Counted from the first letter of the stretch, positions 1-10,312 are shown. The stretch is DNA of 60,029 nucleotides from Candidatus Colwellbacteria bacterium (GCA_027448785.1 DAIDMW010000003.1:1-60029); one strand, 5' to 3'. The notes: generated by a model from the sequence alone, not told the origin. Numbers and translations are program-made.

Positions 1-252
1 AACCGGCTCGGCTTGCCAGAGCCGTGCCACCGCTCCGTCGCATGTCTTGATGTTAAAGCCGATAATCAATCCGGCGTTCTGCAGCATCGGCCCCAGCTCC
101 GGCAAGCGATCCTCGCGGAATCCGATGAATTTATCCTGGTTGTAAGAGTAAACCCCGACCAGCGAAACCGCTAAGTCGCGCAGCTTGTCCTTTCCGCCGA
201 CGTCGTTGAAGGTATTCTTCGTCTCTAAATCGATAACCAACCTGTCTTTCAT
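1..252 (-). CDS. RNase H-like domain protein (YprB/RNase_H_2-like), truncated by the window edge
   Basis: Not in ORF track. Manual translation from ATG at 252: MKDRLVIDLETKNTFNDVGGKDKLRDLAVSLVGVYSYNQDKF...LIIGFNIK; DLET and GFN motifs fit the family. Confidence 0.7.
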   Translation of the reverse strand, partial: MKDRLVIDLETKNTFNDVGGKDKLRDLAVSLVGVYSYNQDKFIGFREDRLPELGPMLQNAGLIIGFNIKTCDGAVARLWQAEPV

Positions 253-295
253 AGTGCTGCTTTACAAAATAAATTGGCGCGCGGCGTTTGTCTAG

Positions 296-386
296 GAAGC
301 GAAAGAAAGCCCAAAACTAAAAAACGAAAAAGCAATAACGTAGTTCTTTTGCGTTTTGCGTTTTGCGCTTTAAGCTTTTCGCTTTT
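296..386. repeat. Heptamer hairpin repeat, family A
   Basis: GGAAGCG...AATAACGTAGTTCTTTTG...TTTTGCGCTTT; reverse-complement homolog at 40151-40231. Confidence 0.85.
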
Positions 387-396
387 ATTTTTACGC

Positions 397-870
397 TTAA
401 GTATATCTGTCCGCCACGTTGCTGGCGGCGTAGCTTTCCGGCTTGGTCTTCACCTCGAAGTTGTTGGCGCGAACCAGTCCAACCAGTTCTTGCAGAACCG
501 TCTTGGTCTCGCCGTTATAACCGACGTCGACGTGGATTTCGAAATCGAATTTCGGGGCTTCCGCCTCCTTCAGGAACTCAAAAATCTGCTGAGCGATTTC
601 CAAAGAGATCATCGCTTCTTTGATCATCCGGTCGCGCAGGGTATGAAAGTTCTTCAACTCGGAACGCCGCCAAAAATAGCGCGCTCCGTTTCCGACCCGG
701 TGCACGACGACAGCTGTCACGAAGTCGGCGTCAGTCGAGTTGTACAACGCGGAATCAGTGCCGATCATTATCCGATAGGAACGGGCCTCGTTCTCGCGTA
801 TAAAGCCAATTATCTCGCGAACCACCTCGGTTGCATCTAGTTTTTTTCCTTCGTAATCCAAAAAGTCCAT
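397..870 (-). CDS. RNase H-like YkuK/DUF458 family protein
   Basis: IGTDS, EIHVDVG and KPESYAASNVADRY motifs. Confidence 0.85.
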   Translation of the reverse strand: MDFLDYEGKKLDATEVVREIIGFIRENEARSYRIMIGTDSALYNSTDADFVTAVVVHRVGNGARYFWRRSELKNFHTLRDRMIKEAMISLEIAQQIFEFLKEAEAPKFDFEIHVDVGYNGETKTVLQELVGLVRANNFEVKTKPESYAASNVADRYT

Positions 871-962
871 CGAAATTTACTTTAGGATAACCCGCAGCGC
901 TTAACGAAGCAAGCATAAAATTCTAAAAAATTTTTAGTAATCAAATATTAAGAATCTATAAT

Positions 963-1892
963 TTATGGTCTTAATTCCTCCATAACCCTTTCCGCCGCGG
1001 AATCGAACGCCTCCTTAGTGCGCGCCTCCAGATTCAGCCGCAGTAGATTCTCTGTGTTTGCCGGTCGAATATTAAGCCACCAATCGTCGAGCTCCAAAGA
1101 GAGCCCGTCTAATCTGAGCATTGACTTCGCCTCTCCGCGGAATCGACGCTCAACGCGGCGCATGATCTTTTTTTTATCTTCGACTTCGAAACTTGTTTCC
1201 GGAAGGCGATAATATTTTGGCAGAGAGTTTTTCCAAACCGAGAAGTCGTCTTCTAACTTTGAAACAGCTTCCAGGACCTTAGCCGCCGTCATTAATCCCG
1301 AATCGGCATAAAAGAAATCCCGAAAGTAATAATGGCCTGACAGTTCGCAGGCAAGCTCAATTCGCTCGCGGCGCATCGTTTTCTTTATAAAATAATGCCC
1401 GACGCGGCTTTCACTGATGTCGGTTTTAATTATCCCGTCACGCACAGCATCCTTAACTAGCCAACCTATACGCAAATCGATGAGCGCCTTTTTGGGAGCC
1501 ATGCGCTCAAGAAGGAGACGAGAAATAATATTGGCTCCGATTTCCTCCCCGTTGTCGTCGACGAAAACAGCGCGGTCGCCGTCGGCGTCGAAGGCCACAC
1601 CCAGGTCCGCGCGAACTCGACAAACCTCTTTTTTTAACCCATTCAACGCGCCTTCCTTCGTCGGATCCGGACCGTGCGCCGGGAAATCGCCATTGGGTCG
1701 CCCGTTAATGATCGAGAAGCTGATCTGCGGGTGACGATGTAAAGTTTTTTCCACCAATGGTCCGGTCGAGCCGTTGGAACAATCGAAAACGATTCTCATC
1801 GGACGTCTGGAGCGGAAGCGGTCACGGAAAAATTCCGAAGCTAATTCAACCCCGTCAATTTTTTTAATGGGAGAGCAATGAGACGACTTCAT
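963..1892 (-). CDS. Phosphomannomutase/phosphoglucomutase, C-terminal part (domains II-IV)
   Basis: FDADGDR metal loop, SRVGHYFIK, ELSGHYYF; out of frame with the upstream domain I ORF. Confidence 0.8.
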   Translation of the reverse strand: MKSSHCSPIKKIDGVELASEFFRDRFRSRRPMRIVFDCSNGSTGPLVEKTLHRHPQISFSIINGRPNGDFPAHGPDPTKEGALNGLKKEVCRVRADLGVAFDADGDRAVFVDDNGEEIGANIISRLLLERMAPKKALIDLRIGWLVKDAVRDGIIKTDISESRVGHYFIKKTMRRERIELACELSGHYYFRDFFYADSGLMTAAKVLEAVSKLEDDFSVWKNSLPKYYRLPETSFEVEDKKKIMRRVERRFRGEAKSMLRLDGLSLELDDWWLNIRPANTENLLRLNLEARTKEAFDSAAERVMEELRP

Positions 1893-2274
1893 AAATATCC
1901 TTCCCGCTAATAGGGACGGCTCGGGGTCCGACCATTTTCACCCCGTTGTAATTCTTAGGGTCGTGCGAAGCGGTTATTGTTAGGCCTCCGTCGGCTGGCA
2001 GCATATTAACCAGTAAATAAAGTGTCGGCGTAGTAATAAGCCCGGCGGCAAAAACTTCTTTCACCCTCGCGTCGGCGGCCGCCGTCCTTAAAACCTCGCG
2101 ATACAGAGACTGACTACTTTTTCTAGCATCGTGCCCAACGACAATTTTAATTTTCTTTTTTTTAAGTGAAAAACTTGTAATCAACGCTTGAGTGATAATT
2201 CTCACCGCCGGGCGATTTATCTCCAGCGGATACTTTCCACGAATATCATACGCTTTAAATATGTTTTGGTTCAC
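1864..2274 (-). CDS. Phosphomannomutase/phosphoglucomutase, N-terminal domain I
   Basis: IFKAYDIRG start, VGHDARKSS, ITASHDPKNYNGVK phosphoserine loop. Confidence 0.8.
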   Translation of the reverse strand: MNQNIFKAYDIRGKYPLEINRPAVRIITQALITSFSLKKKKIKIVVGHDARKSSQSLYREVLRTAAADARVKEVFAAGLITTPTLYLLVNMLPADGGLTITASHDPKNYNGVKMVGPRAVPISGKDIYEVVSLLSH

Positions 2275-2395
2275 GGAAACGCAAATGTATTGGTTTAATT
2301 GACGATTAGCAATGTATTGACGATATTTTAAATCTCACGCAAAAAAAAGAAAGTTGTTTCAGTCTCTTCTTAAAACTATAATGTGAGGGATAAAA

Positions 2396-4513
2396 ATGGC
2401 TAAGAAAAAAAACAGAAATCGCGGTAACGCAGGAAAATCCAGTAAGCCGACTCCGACAGCAAAGGAACCTTTTTTGCATCCGGAACTTAAATTAAGCATC
2501 TGGGCAATAGTTTCAATGGCTATCGCTCTGGTGTTATTGCTTTCAAGCGCCGGGCAGGCCGGGCCGGCCGGCAGCTTCCTTTTCAACCAATTTTCCTACC
2601 TCTTGGGTTTGGGATACTATCTGCTCCCGCTAATCCTCTTCATTGTCGGCATCGCTCTTGTAACCGACGGGCGGAAAAAGCTGGTAGCGGTTTCTTTCAT
2701 CGGCGCTTTTCTATTCTTACTGTCCGGCTTGGGGCTGTTCGGTATCATCTTCCCGGGCAGAGCCGGCGTTATAGGCGAGTTCCTCGCCGGCATCCAAAAC
2801 ATGTTCGGCTACTGGGCTTCGATTGCCATCAACCTGGCAGTTCTAATCATCGGCCTGCTTGTCTCCCTAAACACACCTCTCAGGCTCCGCGTTGGAAAGA
2901 AATTAGACGAGGATGACAGAAAAGAGGAAAAGAATAAAAAGGAAGTTTTACTCGAGATGCCGAAAATAATAATGCCCGGCGAAGCGGCTCCTTCGCCGTC
3001 AGCCGAGCCGCCGAAGAGAGAAGAGCTAAAAGTTACCGCGCCCGCTGAGGAGGCGAAAGAAAGCCTCGTTTCCTTGAAACAGAGATCCACTCCGCGCCGG
3101 TTGAAGAACTACGTCTTCCCTCCCCTCGCCCTGTTGAAGTCGTCGACCGACAAGCCGACCGTCGGCGACCTGCGAGCTAACGCCAACATCATTAAGCGCA
3201 CCCTGGAGAGCTTCGGCATTCCGGTAGAGATGGGCGAAATAACCATCGGGCCGAAAGTGACTCGGTACACGCTGAAGCCGGCGGAAGGAATCAAGCTGAC
3301 CAGGATCACCGCCTTAGGGCAGGATCTTAGCTTGGCGCTGGCCGCGCACCCAATCAGGATCGAGGCTCCAATCCCTGGAAAGTCGCTGGTCGGAATTGAA
3401 ATCCCCAACAAGATTCCGAGTATCGTCCGCCTCGGCAACCTCTTGTCCTATCGCGAATTCAGCGACTCCCCCGCCCTCTCCGTTCCTTTGGGGAGAGACG
3501 TGGCCGGCGAACCTATTTTTGCCAACTTAGCCAAGATGCCCCACTTGTTAATCGCCGGCGCGACCGGCAGTGGCAAGAGCGTAACCATCCATTCGCTTTT
3601 AATCTCCCTCCTTTATAAAAACTCCCCCGAGACGCTGCGCCTGATCTTGATAGACCCGAAAAAAGTTGAGCTTACGCCATACGAAGGGCTCCCACATCTA
3701 GTCGCCCCGGTTATCACTCAAGGCAAGAAAGCGGTCGCCGCCTTAAGGTTCGGCGTTGAAGAAATGGAGCGGAGGTACGACGTATTGCAGCAGGCCGGGA
3801 AAAGGGATATCGCCAGCTACAACGAAAAGCGCGAGGAGGATGTAATGCCTTACATGGTTATCGTCATCGATGAGCTGGCCGACCTGATGGCCGCTTTCGG
3901 ACGAGAAATCGAAGGCTATATCGTACGTCTGGCCCAGATGGCGCGCGCCACCGGAATACACCTGGTGGTCTCAACCCAGCGCCCCTCGGTCGAGGTTATC
4001 ACCGGCCTCATCAAAGCCAACATTACCGCGAGAATCGCCCTCCAGGTCGCCAGCCAAGTCGACTCTCGGACCATCCTCGATATGGCCGGAGCAGAGAAAC
4101 TCCTTGGAGGAGGCGACATGCTTTTCCTTTCGTCCGACTATTCCAAGCCGAAGAGAATCCAGTCCGCCTTCATCAGCGAAGAGGAGATAAACAAGGTGTC
4201 TCAGTTCATTAAGAAAGAAAATCCGGACGACGGCGGCGCCGCGCAGGAAGACCGGGTAGAAGCGGTGATGGCCAAAGCGGGAAGCGTCGAGGGCGGAGAC
4301 GGTGAGGACGACATGCTCGATGAGGCAATCGGTGTGGTCAAGGAGGCAAAAAAGGCTTCGGCCTCCCTATTGCAACGACGACTCCGTGTAGGCTATGCGC
4401 GAGCCGCCCGTCTTCTCGACTTAATGGAAGACCGCGGAATCATAGGTCCAGGAGAAGGAGCAAAACCCCGGGAAGTTTATATAACCGACGAAGATGGAGC
4501 AGAACAATTATAA
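2396..4513 (+). CDS. ftsK: DNA translocase FtsK/SpoIIIE
   Basis: N-terminal TM helices, GATGSGKS Walker A, IDELADLM, gamma domain LLQRRLRVGYARAARL. Confidence 0.97.
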   Translation: MAKKKNRNRGNAGKSSKPTPTAKEPFLHPELKLSIWAIVSMAIALVLLLSSAGQAGPAGSFLFNQFSYLLGLGYYLLPLILFIVGIALVTDGRKKLVAVSFIGAFLFLLSGLGLFGIIFPGRAGVIGEFLAGIQNMFGYWASIAINLAVLIIGLLVSLNTPLRLRVGKKLDEDDRKEEKNKKEVLLEMPKIIMPGEAAPSPSAEPPKREELKVTAPAEEAKESLVSLKQRSTPRRLKNYVFPPLALLKSSTDKPTVGDLRANANIIKRTLESFGIPVEMGEITIGPKVTRYTLKPAEGIKLTRITALGQDLSLALAAHPIRIEAPIPGKSLVGIEIPNKIPSIVRLGNLLSYREFSDSPALSVPLGRDVAGEPIFANLAKMPHLLIAGATGSGKSVTIHSLLISLLYKNSPETLRLILIDPKKVELTPYEGLPHLVAPVITQGKKAVAALRFGVEEMERRYDVLQQAGKRDIASYNEKREEDVMPYMVIVIDELADLMAAFGREIEGYIVRLAQMARATGIHLVVSTQRPSVEVITGLIKANITARIALQVASQVDSRTILDMAGAEKLLGGGDMLFLSSDYSKPKRIQSAFISEEEINKVSQFIKKENPDDGGAAQEDRVEAVMAKAGSVEGGDGEDDMLDEAIGVVKEAKKASASLLQRRLRVGYARAARLLDLMEDRGIIGPGEGAKPREVYITDEDGAEQL

Positions 4514-5183
4514 TTCGCTTTTTGCCACCTTGCGCTCCGTGCTGGAGCAAAGGGGAGTTAGCGCGGAAAAACTGGCGGCGCTGACCGATGTGCCGAAGAA
4601 GTTCATCCAGTCGGTGCAGAGCAACGAAATCGACAAGCTTCCGTCCCGCCCTTACGTGGTGGGCTATCTGAAGAAAATCGCCGCCGCGCTGGGAATAGAT
4701 GCGGACGAGCTAATCGCCGAATACGACGGTACATCCGGCCGGAAAAATAACAGCGACCGGTTGCCGGTAAACCGCTTTACTTACCAGCCGGGTCTCTGGC
4801 CGCTGCTTTTCGGCGGAATGGTATTCCTGGCTTTTTCCGCTTTCCTCGGCTATCGCTTCAACGATATCACCGGCTACCCGGCTTTTAAGGTGAACCTGCC
4901 GGCCAAGAGTTCTCTTCCGACCCTCGAGATCAACGGCCAACTACGCCCGCGCGACACCTTATCTATAAACGGACAGACGATAAACTCCGACGTCAACGGC
5001 GGGATCAATACGACCCTCTCGCTTAATCCCGGAGGCAATACGCTGATTTTCACCGTGCAGAGATTCCTAGGAAAGGAGGCGGCAGTAACTGAACAGGTCT
5101 TTTACCAGCCACTACTCAGCCAAACCACACCGGCATCCACCAGCACGCCAACCTCCACCACAGCCACATCGACCGGGCAGTAA
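4494..5183 (+). CDS. RodZ-like protein: N-terminal HTH, one TM helix, Ig-like C-terminal region
   Basis: LPSRPYVVGYLKKIAAALG HTH signature, TM about aa 100-120, located between ftsK and recA. Confidence 0.7.
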   Translation: MEQNNYNSLFATLRSVLEQRGVSAEKLAALTDVPKKFIQSVQSNEIDKLPSRPYVVGYLKKIAAALGIDADELIAEYDGTSGRKNNSDRLPVNRFTYQPGLWPLLFGGMVFLAFSAFLGYRFNDITGYPAFKVNLPAKSSLPTLEINGQLRPRDTLSINGQTINSDVNGGINTTLSLNPGGNTLIFTVQRFLGKEAAVTEQVFYQPLLSQTTPASTSTPTSTTATSTGQ

Positions 5184-5308
5184 GCGCAAAGAAAAAAGCG
5201 CAAAACTAAAAGCTAAAAGCGAAAAAATAGCGACAAGTGGTTAGTGGCTAGTCGCCGGTTTTTTGCATTTTGCGCTTTTAGTTTTGCACTTATTTGGTTT
5301 TGCTTTTG
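5184..5308. repeat. Heptamer hairpin repeat, family A
   Basis: AAAGCGCAAAACTAAAAGCTAAAAGCG...TTTTGCGCTTTTAGTTTTGC. Confidence 0.85.
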
Positions 5309-5334
5309 AATAGGCGAAATAATATAATTCCTTT

Positions 5335-6363
5335 ATGCCTAATAAAAAGAAAGCGTTTGTCCCGGCTGGCGGCGACGATTTACAGACACTGCTCCAATCC
5401 CTACGAGAAAAGTTCGGCGAAGAGTCGGTTATGACCCTGGGTGAGGCCAGGAAAGTCGATGTCGACGCCATCCCTTCCGGCTCGTTTTCTCTGGACATCG
5501 CTCTCGGCGTCGGCGGGTTTCCGCGCGGGAGAATCGTCGAGATCTTCGGCCCGGAATCGAGCGGCAAAACAACTTTGGCTTTGAACGTCGTGGCCCAGGC
5601 CCAGAAAAAAGGCGGTCGGGCGGCTTTTATCGACGCCGAGCACGCCCTGGACCCCGTTTACGCCCAGAAGATCGGCGTAAAGCTGGATGAGCTTATAATC
5701 TCGCAGCCAGACAGCGGCGAGGAGGCGCTAAATATCCTGGAAAGTCTGGTGCGCTCGGGAATGATTAGCGTCGTTGTGGTGGACTCGGTAGCGGCTCTAA
5801 CTCCCAAAGCCGAAATCGAGGGCGAGATGGGAGCGCAATTTATCGGACTACAAGCTAGAATGATGTCGCAAGCGCTAAGGAAGCTCACGGCGGTCTCCGC
5901 CAAGAGCGGGACGCTGATTATTTTTATTAACCAGCTGCGCGAAAAAGTTGGCGTCTTTTTTGGTAACCCCGAAACCACACCGGGCGGACGGGCGCTAAAA
6001 TTTTACTCCTCGGTGCGCATAGATATCCGCCGAACGGCGCAGATTAAAAAAGGAGAAGATGTCGTCGGCAATCGCGTTAAAGCCAAGGTGGTTAAAAACA
6101 AGGTAGCTCCTCCGTTCAAAGTGGCTGAATTCGACATTATGTACGGCGAGGGCATCTCGTACGATAACGACGTAATCAACACTGCTTTGCGACTCGGCGT
6201 CATTTCCAAAGCCGGAGCCAGTTATTCGTTCGACGGGGAAAAACTCGGTGTTGGGATGGAAAAGATACGCGAGCGCTTTAAGGAGAATAAGAAAATGTTC
6301 GAAGAGATTAAGAAAAAGACCTTGGCCGCTTCGCAAGAAAACCCATTGGTGGAGGGAGAGTAG
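5335..6363 (+). CDS. recA: Recombinase RecA
   Basis: [31 protein letters not shown]. Confidence 0.99.
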   Translation: MPNKKKAFVPAGGDDLQTLLQSLREKFGEESVMTLGEARKVDVDAIPSGSFSLDIALGVGGFPRGRIVEIFGPESSGKTTLALNVVAQAQKKGGRAAFIDAEHALDPVYAQKIGVKLDELIISQPDSGEEALNILESLVRSGMISVVVVDSVAALTPKAEIEGEMGAQFIGLQARMMSQALRKLTAVSAKSGTLIIFINQLREKVGVFFGNPETTPGGRALKFYSSVRIDIRRTAQIKKGEDVVGNRVKAKVVKNKVAPPFKVAEFDIMYGEGISYDNDVINTALRLGVISKAGASYSFDGEKLGVGMEKIRERFKENKKMFEEIKKKTLAASQENPLVEGE

Positions 6364-6373
6364 AGCTCCCGAT

Positions 6374-6487
6374 AAAGCGCAAAACTCAAAGCTAAAAGCG
6401 AAAAGTGAAAAATACCGACCGGCCGTTAGTCGCTGGTTCTTTTGCATTTTGCGCTTTAAGCTTTGCGTTTATTTCTTTGCGCTTTTT
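6374..6487. repeat. Heptamer hairpin repeat, family A
   Basis: Shares AAAAATACCGACCGGCCGTTAGTCGC with the copy at about 28055-28080. Confidence 0.85.
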
Positions 6488-7386
6488 TATTGTAAATTTG
6501 ACTGTATATAGGCGCGGATGTCTCCATAGTTGTTTATGCCGGCCGCGGGAACCAGAATATACATATCGCCCCCGCCGACTGGCGTGCTGGAACTCACCAG
6601 AAGGCCGGTGCGGAAATCCAAGACAATATTGTTAATCTTAAGGCCGTGCAGATCGGGGGCGTAAGACAAGAGGTCGCCCAAGTTCATATTGGTCTGATCC
6701 TTGGCTAAGGCCGGAAGTATTTTAATGACGAACGCCGTCCTCTGCGCCAAGTTCATCCCCCGCAGATCCTGAATGATGGCTTCGATGACTAGATGCTGGT
6801 TGGCTTCGCGGAAGAAATCGCCCTCGCTCGCATAACGATTCCGGATCAACCAGACCGTGCTCGTGCCATCCAGGTGGCGTTCGCCGGCAGGCATTGTATA
6901 GCCGCTGATACTATCGGTGACTGGGGCCGGTAAATTTACGTTTATCCCGCCCAACGCATCAACCACCTGCTGCACCGTGTTTAGATCGACGACGACATAC
7001 TTGCTGGTTCCGATTCCAGTCATATCGGCTATGCCGGACAAAAGCGCATCCATTTTATTCAATTCAAACGCCTCGTTTATCTTAAATGTTTGGCCGCCCC
7101 AGCTGCCGTAGAGATCCCGAGGTATGGAGATCAGATTCAATACTCCGCTTTTGGGATTAAGGTCGACTAAGATCAGCGTGTCCGTCAGGTTAGGCGCTTG
7201 TTCCCACTCGCCGCCTTGCCCGGCGCCGGCACGACCGAGCACCAAGAACGTAAGATCGCCGTTCCCAGAAGAAGCGCCCTGACCTTTTACGGAATAGGAA
7301 GGTGAGAAGTTTAACAATAAATAGGCGGACGCGGCGGCCGTCGCAACGACGGCCAGTATTAGAACAGTCAGCCGGAACCTTTTCAT
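6487..7386 (-). CDS. LCP (LytR-CpsA-Psr) family protein
   Basis: N-terminal TM, TDTLILV, SIPRDLY, KINEAF, VDALGGI, D-x-x-R-x-x-NQ. Confidence 0.9.
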   Translation of the reverse strand: MKRFRLTVLILAVVATAAASAYLLLNFSPSYSVKGQGASSGNGDLTFLVLGRAGAGQGGEWEQAPNLTDTLILVDLNPKSGVLNLISIPRDLYGSWGGQTFKINEAFELNKMDALLSGIADMTGIGTSKYVVVDLNTVQQVVDALGGINVNLPAPVTDSISGYTMPAGERHLDGTSTVWLIRNRYASEGDFFREANQHLVIEAIIQDLRGMNLAQRTAFVIKILPALAKDQTNMNLGDLLSYAPDLHGLKINNIVLDFRTGLLVSSSTPVGGGDMYILVPAAGINNYGDIRAYIQSNLQ

Positions 7387-7387
7387 A

Positions 7388-8203
7388 TCAGCGCAACTTG
7401 GAGTTGAGAATAAAGAAATTCTCGATCAGCTTGGCAACCAGAACCGGCCCAGTCCCGCCCGGGGTCGGCGTGTAAAAACCGGTTGGGTTTTCTTTCTCGT
7501 CCGGGGGAAGAAAGTCGCCGGAAATTTTTCCACCATGCTCACCGTATCCGAAATCGAGAACCACCGCGCCAGGTTTAACCTTTTGCCCGTCGATTAACCT
7601 AGGAACACCCGCTCCGCTCACTATAAGGTCCGCATTATAAGCTTCCTCGACTCTCCCGCCCTTGTCGACAACCGATATTTCCTTGGCTTTACCCAGTAGC
7701 CAGGTCAAAACCGGCTGTCCTACCAAGAAGCCGGGGCCGACAATCGCCGCTTTTCCGATCTCCTCTCGCCCTAAATGCCGCAGAATCTCCTGGACCGCGC
7801 CGGCGGCTGGCGGAAAAATCGATCCGCGGCCGTTATAAAAAGAACCCAACGAACGTTCGCTTAAGACATCTATGTCCTTGCCGGGCGGAATGGCGTTGAG
7901 AACGTAAAACTTATTTACCGCTTCCGGCAGCGGCAGCTGGACCAAGACTCCGCCGACATTCTTTTGCGCGGCAATCCGCCCGACTTCTTTCCGAAGCTTG
8001 TCTTGGGAAAGATCGGCAGGCAGATTGTAGACGCGGAAGCGCGCTCCCACTCCTTCGGCTGTCTTTCTTTTTTGTTCGATAAACCTGGCCGTCGCCTCGT
8101 CGGATCCGACTTGGATCGCGGCCAGAACTCTGTCCGGAATTTTTCCGGAGCGCAGCCGGTCTAATATTCGCTGAGCAATTTCTTTGCCGGGAATTTTTTG
8201 CAT
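7388..8203 (-). CDS. folD: Bifunctional methylene-THF dehydrogenase/cyclohydrolase (divergent)
   Basis: GVLVQLPLP, KDID, TPTPGGTGP; adjacent to glyA. Confidence 0.9.
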   Translation of the reverse strand: MQKIPGKEIAQRILDRLRSGKIPDRVLAAIQVGSDEATARFIEQKRKTAEGVGARFRVYNLPADLSQDKLRKEVGRIAAQKNVGGVLVQLPLPEAVNKFYVLNAIPPGKDIDVLSERSLGSFYNGRGSIFPPAAGAVQEILRHLGREEIGKAAIVGPGFLVGQPVLTWLLGKAKEISVVDKGGRVEEAYNADLIVSGAGVPRLIDGQKVKPGAVVLDFGYGEHGGKISGDFLPPDEKENPTGFYTPTPGGTGPVLVAKLIENFFILNSKLR

Positions 8204-9411
8204 AACTTGAGAACCTCGCTCCGCGTGGATTTTTCTCCGAGGAGAGCGGAGCGAATAAGACAGGCTACCGTCTTCATCTCACGCTCTTTCAAGCCGCGGG
8301 TGGTCAAGGCTGGCGTCCCCAATCTTACTCCGGAAGGCTTGAAAGGAGAAGAGTCCCCTGGTATGGAGTTGCGATTGGCGATTATTCCCGCTTTCTCCAA
8401 AAGCTTCTCCGCCTCCAAGCCGTTTAATCCAAGCTTCCGGACATCGAGCAGGAGAAGGTGGGTATCGGTTCCCCCGCTGGCCAAATCGAAGCCCAAGACT
8501 CTCAACTCGGCTTCGAGCGCCTTGGCGTTTTTCACCACCTGCGCCGCGTATTTTCTAAACTCCGGACGAGAAGCTTCGTAGAAAGCTTGAGCTTTGGCGG
8601 CGGTTTCATTGTCGTGCGGGCCGCCCTGGACTCCCGGAAATACAGCCCGGTCGATCGCCTCGGAGATGAGCAGCTCACCATCCTCCATCTTTTCTCGCCG
8701 CGAGAAGATGACCGCCCCGCGCGGACCGCGCAGTGTTTTGTGCGTCGTCGTCATAACCGCGTGCGCGTGAGGAAAGGGGCTGGGGTGAGCTCTGCCGGCC
8801 ACCAGTCCGGCGATATGCGAGATATCGGCGACTAGATATGCACCGACCGAATCGGCTATGGCGCGGAACTTTTTAAATTCCACTTTACGAGGATAGGCGG
8901 TGAAGCCGCAAACGATAACCTTAGGTTTGTTCTCCCTCGCTATCCTGCCGATTTCCTCGTAATTCAACCTGCCGGTTCGGGCGTCGACGCCGTACAAAAC
9001 CGAGTTCCAGATCCTTCCCGACGCGGAAACGCCCTGGCCGTGCGTCAGGTGCCCGCCGTCGGCCAGCCTCATCCCCATAATCCTCTCCCCCGGCTTAAGG
9101 AGCGCCAGATATATAGCCAAATTAGCCGGAGATCCGGAATAAGGTTGAACATTGACCGCCCATTTTTTGGAGTTCAATCCGAACAGCTCTAAAGCCCTGC
9201 GCTGAGCCAGTTTTTCAACCTCGTCCGCCAAAGCGTTGCCCGGATAATAACGCCTTTCGGGATACCCTTCGGAGTACTTGTTAGTAAAAACCGACCCTAA
9301 GAAATGACGCACCTCGGGCGAAGAAAAGTTTTCCGAAGCGATAAGATCCAACGTCTCTTCCTGCCTCTTTTCTTCTTTTTGCAAAATGTGCTCCAACTCT
9401 CGGTCTATCAT
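8161..9411 (-). CDS. glyA: Serine hydroxymethyltransferase
   Basis: LIASENF, NKYSEGYP, GGHLTHG, TTTHKTLRGPRG (PLP lysine). Confidence 0.98.
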   Translation of the reverse strand: MIDRELEHILQKEEKRQEETLDLIASENFSSPEVRHFLGSVFTNKYSEGYPERRYYPGNALADEVEKLAQRRALELFGLNSKKWAVNVQPYSGSPANLAIYLALLKPGERIMGMRLADGGHLTHGQGVSASGRIWNSVLYGVDARTGRLNYEEIGRIARENKPKVIVCGFTAYPRKVEFKKFRAIADSVGAYLVADISHIAGLVAGRAHPSPFPHAHAVMTTTHKTLRGPRGAVIFSRREKMEDGELLISEAIDRAVFPGVQGGPHDNETAAKAQAFYEASRPEFRKYAAQVVKNAKALEAELRVLGFDLASGGTDTHLLLLDVRKLGLNGLEAEKLLEKAGIIANRNSIPGDSSPFKPSGVRLGTPALTTRGLKEREMKTVACLIRSALLGEKSTRSEVLKLCKKFPAKKLLSEY

Positions 9412-9516
9412 TATGGATAGAAGTATAACATAACGGCGCTGCGGCGGTTAAAGCGCAAAATGAAAAATTTAAAACAATCTTGTTTAAATGCGTCAGCGGT
9501 GGGATCGCGTGTCAAA

Positions 9517-9861
9517 TCAATTATTCGGATATCCGCTTTCAAATTCGTTCCCATCCGCCTGCCATCCGGCCAATCCGCCAGTGTAATGCTTGATATTCTT
9601 GTAGCCGCCTTTCTCCAGAACTTGTCCGGCCAGTGCGCTTGTTTTGCAGTCTCGGCTGGCGCAATAAACTATTATTTTCGCTTCTTTGTCGGGGGTAATA
9701 TTTTGTGAAAAGTTTTTTAGAAAATAAAGATCGTATGGCAAGCTGATCGAACGCGGGATATGCCGCGCGGAGAAACTGGAAGCATCCAAAACATCGACAA
9801 GAAATATTTTTCCTCCGCCGTTGATTTCGCTCTTCAATTCTTCGGTTGAGATTTCTTTCAC
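9517..9861 (-). CDS. Rhodanese-like domain protein
   Basis: LVDVLD, HIPRSI, IIVYCAS, GGLAGW. Confidence 0.85.
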   Translation of the reverse strand: MKEISTEELKSEINGGGKIFLVDVLDASSFSARHIPRSISLPYDLYFLKNFSQNITPDKEAKIIVYCASRDCKTSALAGQVLEKGGYKNIKHYTGGLAGWQADGNEFESGYPNN

Positions 9862-9868
9862 CTCTTGC

Positions 9869-10312
9869 TTAGATGTCTACCTGGAGATACTCCTCCCGCC
9901 CCGTTTCAGGGTTAAGGCGCATATAGCGCAGCCAGCTTATCTTCACCCTGAACACCTGGAAATCCAGTCCGGGAATCTTAAGGAATGAATCGAAGTAATA
10001 GTTTTTTATATCGCTCCTTTCTTCCAGCCTTTTCGTGAACTCGCTTAAGTGTTCCTGGGAAGTTTCAGCCCTCCCCTGCATCTGCGCGGTCGCAGGTGAG
10101 TGGTCGCCGCCGACGGCGATGCCGATCTTACCGTTGTTTTCCAGGTTAACGTATTTCCTAGTGTGCTTCCTGGTCGCGAAATAGAAATTAAACTCGTCGT
10201 CCAAGCAATAAAGAACTATGGCCACCTGCGGCTCACCGTCGGGCGAAAGTGTTGCGACCGAAGCTAGATAGTTGTTTTGTAAAAATTTTTTAGCTTCTTC
10301 TTTCGGCGTCAT
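9869..10312 (-). CDS. Pyridoxamine 5'-phosphate oxidase-like FMN-binding protein
   Basis: SVATLSPDGEP, FYFATRKHTRKYVNL. Confidence 0.8.
   Translation of the reverse strand: MTPKEEAKKFLQNNYLASVATLSPDGEPQVAIVLYCLDDEFNFYFATRKHTRKYVNLENNGKIGIAVGGDHSPATAQMQGRAETSQEHLSEFTKRLEERSDIKNYYFDSFLKIPGLDFQVFRVKISWLRYMRLNPETGREEYLQVDI

Noticed and set aside
274-840. 188-aa + strand ORF and similar K/F-rich ORFs (24601-24807, 27806-28055, 33577-34338, 5241-5567)
   Set aside because: These are shadow frames running through heptamer repeats and antisense to real genes.
7388-9411. 43-bp glyA/folD overlap and other 20-40-bp overlaps (tyrS/clpP, tsaE/ruvB, ftsK/rodZ-like)
   Set aside because: Short overlaps are common in compact genomes and no shared dual-coding function is evident.
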